The notes below the pieces were generated by a model, which was given only the letters and a program-made list of their open reading frames with translations, searched no databases and was not told the DNA's origin. The position numbers and the translations under genes were made by a program. A stretch of 64,000 nt of DNA. It comes from Piromyces finnis finn (taxonomy: Eukaryota; Fungi; Neocallimastigomycota). Below are positions 26,801 through 39,929 of this stretch, piece by piece. Position 1 is the first letter of the stretch. The number at the start of each line of letters is the position of its first letter. Where the stretch lies: NCBI GenBank assembly GCA_002104945.1, contig MCFH01000040.1, positions 434,001-498,000 of the forward strand, read 5' to 3'.

Positions 26801-28549
26801 ATTAATTTCGCATTTATTTTATAAAATTAATTTATTTACCTTTAAACCATGACTACCAACAGGAAGATAACTATCACGCTTTACCCAACATAAGCAGTCC
26901 ATATGAACAGCATATGATGATCTATAACAACTACTAGTTTCATCTTTATAGAAACCAATTTCCTATAGTAATATATAACAATTTATTATGATATCAAATT
27001 TATTTATAACTATAGTATAATATTTGTTTTTTAATTACATACTTTATACATATTTATTCCATTATGTTTTGCTCTTGCTTCAATAAATGGCCAATCAAAA
27101 TTATCACCATTATATGTTACGAACACTGACGGTTTTGTTTCAATAATATGTTCGAAAAATCTATTTAATAATGCAGCCTATTTATTCAAAATTGAAAATT
27201 AATTATTATCAAATAAAATAAATAAATATCATCAATATTTTGATTTTCATACTTCATCTTTTTCATTAAAAATAATAAATGGTCCTTCATATTCAGGTTT
27301 TGGGGTATATTCGAAGTCCAGAATGTCTTCTGATACAATTTCTCTATTTGTAATAAGGAAACCCTTAATTTACAATAAAATTTTTATGAATATTTATCAA
27401 TTAAATTATCTTATGTATGAATTTTATTTTAAAAAATTGAGATATATTTATTATTATAATTATAATACAAAATTATTTACTTGTCCATCAATCATATATG
27501 AAATCATCATGACTAAATCAATAGATGAATCTGGAAATTTCAATGGTGATTTTGTTGTTTCAATATCAAATGCAAGGACAACAGGTTCTGCTGGTAATAC
27601 CATATCTGTATTTGGAGTAATTGTTATTTGATTAAATTCAGCTTTTACTGTATACCAACATCCGACACGGAAATCTAATATATTTTAATTTTTATTAAGA
27701 GTATTTAGTATTAATTATTTAAACATCTTTAATTAATATATCATAAAATATTATATCATACTATTATCTATAGCAACACGAATATAATACGGAACATCAT
27801 ATTCTCGGATATCGATAATGTTGCTAACAATATCATTAGTACTTTTTGAATTTAGATTTAATTCATCATTGTCGTCACTATTAAATATTAGGTGTTAAAT
27901 CATTAATATTAAAATTTGAATATAATAATGTAATTTTTATAATTAAATATATTACATTTTGATTTCTGAATATGCATTTGTAATTTCCATATTTTTTTCA
28001 TTTCTTGTAACAACTTGTAATAAATATTTTCTTACAGTTAATAAATCTTTGACATTTCTAAATTTCAATTGCACTACAGTTCTCGTTACACCAAGAAGAT
28101 GATTTGGCTTTATTATAAAATTATTATTAAGGTATTGATTAGGTATTGATTAGAATATAATATATTTCTCCATTTAAAAATACATTTAATTAGAAAATTT
28201 AATTGTACCATATCTAAATCATCCTTTTCAATTCTTTCAATTTTCGATATTAAATTTTCATATCTTCTTTTTAAAAATTCTTCTACTTCAAATTCTGTAT
28301 TTTTTTTACACATAATATAAAAATATGGTTCATAAAGTACTGTGGTTTTAAATGTTTGTCCGTCTTCTTCTATAAAAAATAAGTCTACACCTGCTTTTCC
28401 TGAAGGCCAATCATTACTTTTAACTAAAGTCTTTTTTTTTTTTTTTATTATTAATTTTCATTTATTTTAAAAACATATAATAAAAATAAGTTATTAATAG
28501 ATTGATAATTTTATTATTATAAAATAAAATTTAATGCTAATTCTAAATA

Positions 28550-28585
<36 letters not shown>

Positions 28586-29044
28586 AAAGCAATTACTTTT
28601 TATTTTTATTTATATATATATATATTTTATTACTTATAATAAATATTTTATTTTATTTATAAATTTATTTATTAAATATTATTGTTTTATAATTTATATA
28701 ATAATGTTTAGAAATAAATTTCAAAATTTGAGTAGAATTAAATGCATATTAAAAATTAATTATAGTTATAAATATTTATTTTAATAACTTACGGGTTGAA
28801 TATTTGTTAACCACCCAATTTTCTCTGGTCCTTCAATATATTTCATTCTTCCTAATTTTTCATCAATTTCATCTCTAATTCTTACTTCTTCAAATCTCTT
28901 TTCTAATAATGATAAATCTTCAGGTTTAACAACTTTTTCTCCATTTTTCCCATTAATATTGGATCTTTTTCGTTTCCAGGATCCATTATATTTAAAACCT
29001 TTTCCAGTTGTACTTCCAAATTCATTTCTACTTCTTCTATTCAT
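20866..29044 (-). CDS. POL2: DNA polymerase epsilon catalytic subunit A, 10 exons, last exon 20866..26593
   Basis: Exonuclease motif LAFDIETTK; [16 protein letters not shown]; polymerase motifs [29 protein letters not shown]; inactive C-terminal polymerase-like half; CysA/CysB clusters (CEYCNYC...CPGC; CTKC...CHC). Confidence 0.98.
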
Positions 29045-29211
29045 ATTATATAATTATTTAAAACAAATTAAATTATAAGCAAAATCATAATTATTCAATG
29101 AATTTTATTTTTTTAATATGTGAAATATATGGATATATTATTATTATTTTTTTTTTTTGTTGTATTAATTTTTATAAAATTTCGACATTTTTTAAAATGT
29201 TGTCCGTAATT

Positions 29212-29221
29212 ATCATGTGAT
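29212..29221 (+). promoter_or_regulatory. E-box/M-box-like element ATCATGTGAT in the POL2/GYP7 divergent promoter
   Basis: Exact sequence seen about 170 bp upstream of the POL2 ATG. The motif is shared with two other divergent promoters. Function inferred. Confidence 0.45.
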
Positions 29222-29729
29222 TTTCAGTTGTCTTCAACAATTATTCTTTATTAAAATTATTTTTTGAATAATTAATAATAAATAAAGTTAAATTCTATTT
29301 AAATGGGTAATGTATATTTAAATTTTAATTAAAATTGAATATTCTTTTTTGTAAATAACAAAGGCTTTACAAAATATAAAATATAAAGAAAGTATTGTTC
29401 ATTTTATAATAATTAATAATAAGGATTGATTAAGAATTTTCTATTTTTCCTCTAATATTTATCAGAGGACTATAAAAATTTCTATTTTTTACAAATTAAT
29501 TTCAGAAAAGTATAAAATAAATTGTATGAATAAATAAACTCAAAAACCTTTTTTAATGTATACTTTTAAGATAAAATTAACTTATAATATCAATTATCAA
29601 TAAAGAGTTCAATTTTAATAATTATAACGAAAAGTTAACAAATATAGCAATATAAAAACAAAAATAGAAAACCATAAAACTTTCTATATTAATTGTGTGT
29701 TTATATATACTTTATAAACTTATTTAATA

Positions 29730-32700
29730 ATGGTAAAATGTAAATTTAATAATATTTATATTATATTTTAATTAATATTAATAATTATATATATTCATAT
29801 TTGTATATACAATATACAATGCTAGAGTGAGCAAAGTGAATCTAAAGTTCGTTTACTTTATTCTAGAACAAATGTTTTTATTCAATTTAATGATGATGTT
29901 TGTCTTCCTGGTGTTTTATGTACATTTGAAGAGGTTATTTATTATTATTATTTTTTAAAAATTCTTTTTTTTTTTTTTTTTTTTTATTTATTTTAAAAAT
30001 TAAATAAATTTTAAATTACAGTCACCGAGAAAATATATTTTTTCCTGGATGTCAGAAGATAAAATTTCAAAAGATGATATGAAAATATATAGAGAAATTG
30101 AAAATTCTAAAGGTATTAAAGTTAATATCTATATATTTAAATGTTAATTTTAATTTTAAATTAATTTTATTTAAAAACTTGAAGATGTTGTATTACCAGA
30201 TTCAACAGATGGATTATATGTTAATAATAATGAAGAAGTTAAAAAAAATTCAATTGCTGTTTCTTTGGAAGATATAGATTCATTTAGTACTACAATTCCA
30301 ACTGAATGGTATGTTGGAATTATATTTCAATTAAAGAATGAACTTTTTTTACCAACTTTCTTCGTTCAGAAAAAAAAATATGAAGAAGATATAGATTTTT
30401 ATACTGAATTAGCTTCATGGTTTTCTATTTTAGGCAAAAACGTTTATAGGTATATTAAAAATTAAATACATAATAAAAAAGCATTTACATATTAATATAT
30501 GTTATATATATTTTAAAATATAATGATATCTTTAATAGAACTGAATCTGATGTTGGTGGTAATATTTATAAGATTTACAATGAAAATGATAAAATTAATG
30601 AATCAAGTGTACCAATTGGAAGGGAAATAGTAAGACAAGAAAATTCCGTTGGAAAAATGTTCGAAGAAGCAAAATTTAATATTTTGTTAAAATTTTCCAA
30701 GGTTACCCAAAAAGGAAAGGAAGCAGCTGGTAAGTAATAAAAAAATACACTTTTAAAATAAAATCAATGTATATATTTTAACTGAATAAAGGTTTAAAGC
30801 TTTTATTTACTAAAACTATAAAATTTATATTTTCAAGCTCATATTCTCGGTGCTCCTGTTTCGAAGCCATTTGTACCATTATTACCCAAATCATTTGTAT
30901 ATTCAATTTTATCTAGAGAAGAAGTAAAAAATATTTGTGATGAATATGAAGCAGCAAGACAATATCTTAGACTTATGAGTAAAGATATGCAAGAAAAAAC
31001 CATTAAGGCTATTAACCAAACAATTAATATTAGTAATTTTGGTAATTATCAAAAAATTAATGATAAAGACATTGAATGGCATGAAGAATCATTTATTACT
31101 AAAATTATTAAGGAAATGGACGTAAGTTAAATATACTATATAATGCATAATTTCTTTTTAGTTATCTTATCTGGTTTAATATTATTTTTAAAAGATAAAT
31201 AAATTCTTATTATTAAATTAAATTATGATTGTTATTTGATTTTTTTATATAGCAAGATGAACAAGAAACTTTATTTTCACCGTCCTCAATTACTGAAGAA
31301 GAAAATGAATGGCAAAATATTGAAATGCCAGATTTTACTAGTAAACGTACTGGTAATCCAATTACAGTCGAACAATGGGTTACTTTTTATGATAATGAAG
31401 GTCGTTTGAATAAAAGTGAAGATGAACTTAGAGACCTTATTTACCATTCAGTATGCTATAAAATATAGCTAATTTATTAATAAAATTTTAATAAAATTAA
31501 TTTGATTCGTTAAATAATAATGTTTTTATTTTATATTTATTTTAATATAGGGTCTTGAAAACGATATTAGAATGGATGCTTGGAAGTATGTTTAATTTTA
31601 GTATCTTTTTTATATATGAAACTTAAAAATTTATTATTTTATTATTTAAAATAATTTTCTACTTAATAGATATTTATTAAACATTTTCCCTTGGGATTCT
31701 ACTGAAGAAAATCGTAAAGAAATTAACCTTACTAGAGAGTAGGAATTTTTATTGCAAAAAAAAAAAAAAAAAAAAAATATATTAAACTTATTAAATTTTA
31801 ATAATCTTTCTAATGCTATTTGATATTTATATTTAATGAAAAGACAATCATATAATAGTCTAAAACAACAATGGAAAAAAATTTTAGCTGATGGACCAAC
31901 CACAGTTGAAATGCAAGAAAACGAAGAAGATGTAGAAGATGCTGCTCAACAAAATGTTAATGCTGGCGATGAACGCTATGAAACTGATATTTATAAAAGA
32001 ATTATGGATAGAAAGTTCAGAATTGGTAAGTGTTTTAAATAATTTATTATATAAAATATTAAAATAATATTATTGATAATTTTTTTTATTATTAGAAAAG
32101 GACGTATTAAGAACAGACAGAACTATTCCAATGTATTCCAATAGTTCTAACAATTCTTCAGCTGATAAACCTATTATTTACGATAATATTGATATTGATA
32201 CTTCTCAAGCTGGATGGAATTCCAATTTAGAATTATTAAGAGATATTTTGATTACATATACTTTTTTAGAAAATGATAATGGTATTAAATTATATTAATA
32301 CAATATTTTTTTTGTATAAATAGAAAATTAACAATCATTTTTCAATTTATCTTTGAATTGTAGGTTATGTTCAGGGTATGTCTGATTTACTTGCTCCAAT
32401 TCTTGGTGTTTTCAGAAGTGAATCTGATTCTTTCTGGTGTTTTAATGAATTTATGGAAAAATATGTAAGTATTAAAAGTGATAAATTAATAATGTTGATA
32501 TAATGTATATATTAATAATTATATAATCCTTTTAAATAGAAAAACAATTTCCATAGAAATCAAGAAGAAATGAAAAATCAACTTTCATTATTATTGGATT
32601 TAGTAAGATTAATGGATATTGAGTTATATGAACATTTTGGTAAAGAAATAATATATTAAAAAATTATTTATAAAAAAAAAAAAAAAAACGTGTAATTTAT

Positions 32701-33344
32701 ATTAAAATGATATGATTATTAATTAAACAATATATAAATAGAAAAAATGGGTTGTCTTCATCTTTTCTTTTGCTTTAGATGGTTATTAATTATTTTTAAA
32801 AGAGAATTTGACTTTTATGATTGTATGAGAGTTTGGGAAACCATGTGGTCTCAAAAGAAATCCGATTATTATCAATTATTTATAGCTATTGCAATCTTAA
32901 AACAAAATAAAACACAAATTTTAGAATTAGAAACATTTGATGAAATCTTAAAGGTAACTTTGATAATTACTTAAAAATAAACATTCATTTCGTATTATAT
33001 ATCTAAAAATCTTTATTATTATAAATATTTTTCAAAAGTATATCAATAATTTAGCTAATCAAATAAAAGTAGAACAAACACTTATAAGTGCAGAATCACT
33101 ATACAATAAATTTTTATACAGATTTAAAGAATTTAAAAATAGACTTATAGGTGAAAAAGCTAATTTTATGAAAAAAGATCAAGAATCAGGTGTTGTTCAT
33201 ATGGAAGTATTCAATGAAAATGGTAATACTGAATCATCAAATGAACCATTTGATTTTACTACTTTAGCTAAAAATGAAATTTTAAATGATCCAGTTTCCA
33301 TTATTAATCGTTTTGCCAAACTTACTACTGAAGAAATAGTTTAA
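29730..33344 (+). CDS. GYP7: TBC-domain Rab GTPase-activating protein (Gyp7/TBC1D15-like), many exons; start codon uncertain
   Basis: N-terminal KVRLLYSRTNVF; GLENDIRMDAWKYLL; Arg finger IEKDVLRTDR; Gln finger GYVQGMSDLLAP; LFFCFRWLLIIFKREF...MRVWETMW. The likely start is an ATG at 29730 followed directly by an intron (29733-29825). Confidence 0.9.
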
Positions 33345-33692
33345 AGCATCATTTTAATTATAACCAAATTTATTAATAAAATAGTAAATTATTATCATTG
33401 TATATGAAATTAATAATTAAAAATATATAAGCATTTTTTATCTATGATTATTTATATAATAATTTTTTTTTTAAAAATAAAAAAAAAAAAAAAACAAGAA
33501 CAATATCAAAAATTTTTTTATTTAATTTCAAACTCAATATTAAAATATATTATGTATAAATAAAATATGGTATTATTTAATTAATAAAATTAAAAAAATT
33601 CAAATATAATTTATAGAAATTTAATGATAGTTTGAATAAGAAAAAATATTTTATTTTTTTTTTTTTATAAAGAAACATTTAGTTTATAGTGT

Positions 33693-33787
33693 TTAAAAGG
33701 CAAGGGTATGAATTTGCTTTTCAATATTGACAATTTTTTTCTATTATTAAAACATAGTTTTAATATATAAATGTAGCAATATGTTAA

Positions 33788-33867
<80 letters not shown>

Positions 33868-36000
33868 GTTTACCTTATATCTATCAAGTTCTTCAGTCAT
33901 TTTTTCTGCACGTTTTCCTGTATTCCTAGCTATTTTAATTCAATTATATTACCAAATTTTACAAAAATATTATGAATATTTTTATTTAATATGAAAATAG
34001 TTAAAAATACTAAAATATAAAAAATAAATAAAATCCAGTATTTACCTATATTAAGTAATTCCATTTCTTTATCTAATGGCGTTTCTGTGTTGATAAGATG
34101 ATTTTCAAGAGTTTTTAATTGTTTTCGTAGTCTTAGTATATCATTAGTAAACCCCTCAATTTCACAATCTCTTCTCTTTTTAAGGGCTTTGTAACTCGAA
34201 TTTATTTTTTTTATTTTTTCATTTAATGTATTGATTTGTTTTTTATATTTTTCATCAATATTTTGATTTTTTGATTTTTCTATTCGTAGTTCTTCTTCAT
34301 ATTTTCCTAGTTGTTTTCTTAAATTATTGACCATATCATCATTTTTCTTTGAAAATTTTATTTCTAAGTTCTTTTTTGAAAATACAACAAATATATATTT
34401 AATAATGATGAGGAATATAATAAATATAAAAATATAAATATAATATAATAATAATAATAATAGTAATAATAATTAAAAGTAAACATTTCATTTATTACCT
34501 TTTTAATATCATCACTTTTATTTTTTTGTTCTGAATAACAATTTTTTAATATTTTCATATCCTCTGCATACTTGGCAAGCTGACATTTTGATTTTCTATC
34601 TAACATTTTTGCATTACTTTTGGTCTGAATTAATTCTTTTTTATTTTTATTATAAATAGGTTTAATGTTATATTTTATAATTATAATATTTTAGTCATAA
34701 AAATTATTATTTAATACAAATGTCATATATAATTATTACCTTTAGTGTTTTCACGACATATAGAGCGTAATTTATTGATCTTTTCCGTTAATGATATAAT
34801 TTGCTCAAAATAATATTGTTGTTGACTTTTATTTTCATTAATTCGAAATTGTCTATCTTTTTTATATCCTTCTATATGCTTTTCATTTTCTTTTTTCTAA
34901 AAATGTTATTATTAGTTTATTAATTTGAAGTAATTATTTTTGGTTAATTCAAATATTTTCTGTATAGAAATAATACAAAGAATATGATAGTTTTATTTTA
35001 CCTGTTCTTCAATTTGTGCTTTGAGTGATGATACTGTTAGCCTTAGTCCTTCAATTTCATCATTAACAATATATATATTTTCATTATCAAATACAACCTC
35101 CTAATTTTTATACGGATTAAAATATTTTTTAAAATATTTCATTAGCATTATTTATCCTTGTTTTTCAGAGAGTATTAATTTTTCTTTAATTAATAATATT
35201 ATCGAAAAATTACTTCATCCATAATCCCATTTATTCCATTATTAGTATTTTTTTTCCCTTCAACTTGGACTGTTACCTTATTTGATTCTTGTTTATTCTT
35301 TTCACCTATATGATTAAGCATATCATGATTTTCATTTTTATCGTTTTTTAAAAATCTTTTATAAAAGCCTTTTTTAAAGTATGTGATTTCGTCGGTTGTT
35401 TCAACTAAACCTAGTAAATATCTAATTTTTCTACGATCTTTTACTTCCTGAACTTTTTTTTAAGAATTATTTGCAGATAAATTGTATTATATAGAATATT
35501 TAATAAAATTATAAATCAATTAATAGAAAAAAAATATATATATATAGAAATATATAAAAATTTTTATTATTCAGTTTATCATTATGATTATTATAATTTA
35601 CATGAGTATAAAATATTTTTCAATATACTTTTTAATGTATCATTTTCAGCAAGAACTTTTAAAAGTTCTTTTCTTTCATCAAAAATAGCTAGTTGTGCAT
35701 CACTTAGTAGTTTTTGCAAGTCGGTTACTTCTTTTGTTTTTTTTTGTAATTCTCGTGTTAGATTATAATATTCTTCATGTGATATTTGACAACCATCCAT
35801 TAATTGTACAGCTTGTTCATAGTCTTTTTCAAAACTTTCTGAATATATTAAAAAAAATGGATTTGTTATGAAATACTTTTTTTTTTTATTACATTTATAC
35901 CAATTTTAAATATACCTAATTTATCTTTATAATATTGTAATAATTCTTGTGACAGTGGTAATTTTTCAATTTCTGCTTTTATCTCATTATTAGTTATCAT
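33693..36000 (-). CDS. CCDC77: Coiled-coil domain-containing protein 77 (CCDC77)-like centriolar protein, about 8 exons
   Basis: Spliced N-terminus EKLPLSQELLQYYKDKLESFEKDY...EVTDLQKLLSDAQLAIFDERKELLKVLAENDTLKIQEVKDRRKIRYLLGLV...EITYFKK closely parallels what I recall of CCDC77 (LP.SRELLEFYQKK...LQKALSD.QV.LFQERE..LRL..END.L...ELED.KKI..LL.L...EVTYF). Also EIEGFTNDILRLRKQLK. Assignment is from memory of the family, not a search. Confidence 0.8.
33786..33866. repeat. (AAAT)n microsatellite, about 20 units, in the last CCDC77 intron
   Basis: Directly visible. Confidence 0.95.
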
Positions 36001-36454
36001 TTTTATTTAATTATTATTATTTTTTCAAATATATATGTTAATATATTTTCGAGATAATTCAAGTTTTTTTTTTTTAATACTTAATTAAAATTGTTTAACA
36101 TTAAAAATGTTCAGCAAAATAGTTTATTAATATGTTATATTAAATATATTATATATTAAATTAACCAAACAAAATTTTTATATTAGTATTAAAAAATAAA
36201 GTTTATTTTTTCATTAATTAAAATTAACATTTATTTTAATTAATGTTTTTTTTATACAGATTACACATATTATCTAAATTTTTTTTTATAATAATTTGCT
36301 GTAACACCATTTATTTATTAAATAATAAAATATAACCAAGTAACTAAATATTATAATTAAAAAATTCTTCTTCTTATTATTGTTACTATTTTGTTTTTGT
36401 TATTGTTACATGTTATATATTAATAAAAAATTATTTTAAAAGCTTTTTTTCTTT

Positions 36455-36493
<39 letters not shown>

Positions 36494-36653
36494 TATTATT
36501 ATTATTCTTTATTAAAGACATATTTGCAATTTTTTTTTTCTTTTATTCTTTATATATATATATATATAAATTGCATCATTATCATTTTCGATATTATAAA
36601 ATTTTATAATTTATTTTATAAAATTTATTAAAAATGCCACTTTTATTTTCTAA

Positions 36654-36756
36654 TTAAAAAAAACTTTTAAAGTGTGCATTTTCATTGCCTTCAACAACTC
36701 TGGTAATTGGAATATATGATGGCTTTCCAGTTTTTTTGACATAATCCTATATATAA

Positions 36757-36821
<65 letters not shown>

Positions 36822-39220
36822 CTTATTTTCTTTATATTTATAACATTATATTTTTTATATTTTATAATTCAAACAATAGTACAAACCATAGCGTATTGGA
36901 AAGAATTAGTTTTTTCTTTAACATTAGAATTTTTACCAATCCAAATGAAAACTATGATAAAATAATTAAAAAAATTATTAGGATTAATATTTTCAAAGAA
37001 TTTTTTAATAAATAAATTTAGCATTAGGAAGTGAACCTTCATTTTGAGCATCGATAACAAATACATCATTAGTATCTAACATAGATAAAGAAATACTTCC
37101 TCTAGCTTCTTCATTGAATTCTAAATTACCACTAGCATTAGAAAGTCTTTTTAATATAAAATAAAATTGTTGTAATATTAATAATTGTTCATATAATTTA
37201 ATTAGTTTTATTTATTTATTATTATATTATATTTACCTAATAAGAATTTTTTCTTTATCATCAGTCTGGAATAATAAAATATAAGAATTAGAAATTTCTT
37301 TACATATTTAAAAAAATATATATTTAAATTTAATATATTTATAAATACAGTTTCAATTTTGTTAGTTGATGATTCTTCCTTAATAGTTCCTTTTCCACCA
37401 ATACCATCCCAGAATGGAGTTGCATCACTATCATCTTGTTCTGTTTTTTTTTTTTTTTTTTTTTTTTAATAAAAATACTAATATATTAATTTTGTCTTAA
37501 AGAAAAGATAATAATTTTAATTTAAATGTTTAAATAGTTACCAAAAACCTTAATTTCTGGTTTTCCTGAACGTTCACTCTTTAAGTTAGAAGTGAATTCC
37601 ATAGCTTTGTGCTTTTCACTACCAGCAGCTTTACAACCATTCCATTGATAGATTTTAAGACCTTGATCTAAAACAAAAACATCTTCAGAATTAAGTGAAT
37701 CGGAAGAAAGTGGAACTGAGGTAACAGTTAAAGTACTACCGACAGACTTGATATGGAAGAGTTGTGGTTTGTATTCTACTGGTTTAACTATATTGAAACC
37801 ACTATCAACACCACCATTTAAGATAATGAAGTTCTTGAAATAGGAAATAAAAAGTCTTGATTCACTACCTTGAAGCTATATATAAAAATATTATATTTGT
37901 ATAAAATTTGATATTTGTTAATGTTTTATATTAAAAAATTTATATCCCTAATAATATTGAAATACTCACTTCACGATGTTGAACTGGTGAAGTTCCCAAG
38001 TCTAATATGGTTAATTAAAATATAAATAATTTAATATATTAATTATTTTAATTTAATAAATATTTAAAATATTATGTTTAAATGAATAATATTATAATTA
38101 ATCCATACAATTATCAAGTTCTACAGTTTTGTAAGCAGCAGTACCGGCTTCATCCTTTTTTATATTATTAATAAATTTATTAATTTTTGTTAGCAATAAT
38201 GACAACAACAACAACAATAAATAAAACAAAAATATTATCCTAATAAATATAATATAAATATTTAACATTTATTTAATTTTTACTTGAGATGTGTTACTAC
38301 CAAGCCAGAAGTGAATATCGTGATATAATTTTTCGCTTTCACCTTCCTTATAAGACTATTAAATATTTAAAAACAAATTAGTATGACACATGATATACTT
38401 TAAGTTATAAATTATTTATATTATTGACATACGTTTAAAATAATGTATGAATCGCCTATTAGTATATATTAAAAGTATATATAAATTATAAATGATATTA
38501 ATTCTACTATATAGTTATATGCTGTAAATCTGACATATATACATACCACTGTAGAATTTTCCATAATCATTTTCTGGCCATGGAACAACTTTGAAATTTT
38601 CAATTCTCCAGATTTTAAGACCACTTTTTTATAGTGAATTAATACATGTAAGTCTTATATTTATATTACAGTATATATATATATATATTTTTTTTTTGGA
38701 TTTCATAAATATATTTATTTAACTATATAATATTTTTATTACACTTTGGAACCAGCATTTCCCCAATCCTTCTTAACATCATCACTATCAAGATTTAACT
38801 TTTCTAACTATTTTTGTCGAAAATAGTATTATTAATAAAATTTAGTAATATAAAAATTAATATGTATTTTCTTATAATAAATGATTCTGATTATATCGTA
38901 TAGTTGTGTTTTTATTAATATTTTATATATATTTAATTATTTTATATTAAAATGATATGAAATGAATAATTTTAACAATTTATTTATCTATTTATAATAG
39001 AAAACACTTTTTTAATTATTTATTTTAATTTTCAGTTAATTATTTTTTTATTTAATAGTTTAATGATGTTTCTTACATATTTAGATAAATCAAGTTCATC
39101 AATGTCTTTGAAATTATAAAAAATAAATTGTTAATAACAATTATTACATTTTAAATAATAAATGATAAAATATTATATTATACTATATATAAACTAACTT
39201 AAAATATGAGCCATAGACAT
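36654..39220 (-). CDS. Three-repeat gelsolin-family actin-severing protein (severin/fragmin-like), more than 10 short exons
   Basis: [29 protein letters not shown]; [27 protein letters not shown]; REVQGSES; GGVDSGF; [19 protein letters not shown]; [10 protein letters not shown]; WIGK; [17 protein letters not shown]. The first two microexons (39220..39199; about 39109..39078) are less certain. Confidence 0.88.
36758..36820. repeat. (ATT)n microsatellite (sense-strand (AAT)n), about 21 units, just upstream of the last gelsolin acceptor
   Basis: Directly visible. Confidence 0.95.
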
Positions 39221-39929
39221 TTTAAATAAGTTGTTCTTTTATTAATAATAATGCTTAATAGTATTATATATATTTTTTATTAGTTTATATTTTTTTTTGA
39301 AATTCTTTTTATTTACTTTTAATTTTTTTTAAAAAGATATTTTTATTTATTTAATTATACAGAAATTATTAATTTAAAAACTTTGAATTTAATTATACCC
39401 TTTTAAATTATATATTTAATATAATATAAAAAATTAATTTATTAATTCATATTGATAAATATATAAAAATAAAAATGAAAGGCTATTCAAAATAATAATA
39501 ATAATAATAATAAAATGAATCCACCAAAATTAATATTCCTTTTTAAATTTTTTAAAAAACAGTTTTATATATATTTTTATTTTATATAAAATTAAATTAT
39601 TTAAATAATAAGTTAATGATTAATTACTTCTTTCTTTTTTTTCTTTTTTCTTCTTTATTATTATTATTTTTTAAGTAAGATCAAATAAATAATGATTATA
39701 TTTTTTTTATTTAGTATTAAAAAAAAAGTTAAAAAATAAATTAAACGTTATTATTTTAGAAATAATAAAATAAAAAATGCAATATATATATTTTATATAA
39801 TTTTCTTTTTTTAAAAAAAGAACTCTAGTTTATCTAAAAAAAATTAAATAATGAAAAAAAAAAGTGATTAATAAAAATTAATCTATTACAAAAGTTAATC
39901 CACTATAATATATAATTATTTTAAGAAAT

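Noticed and set aside
36250-36420. Possible RFX X-box upstream of CCDC77 (gttac/gtaac words)
   Set aside because: The half-sites are not arranged as a GTTRCC-N-RGYAAC palindrome.
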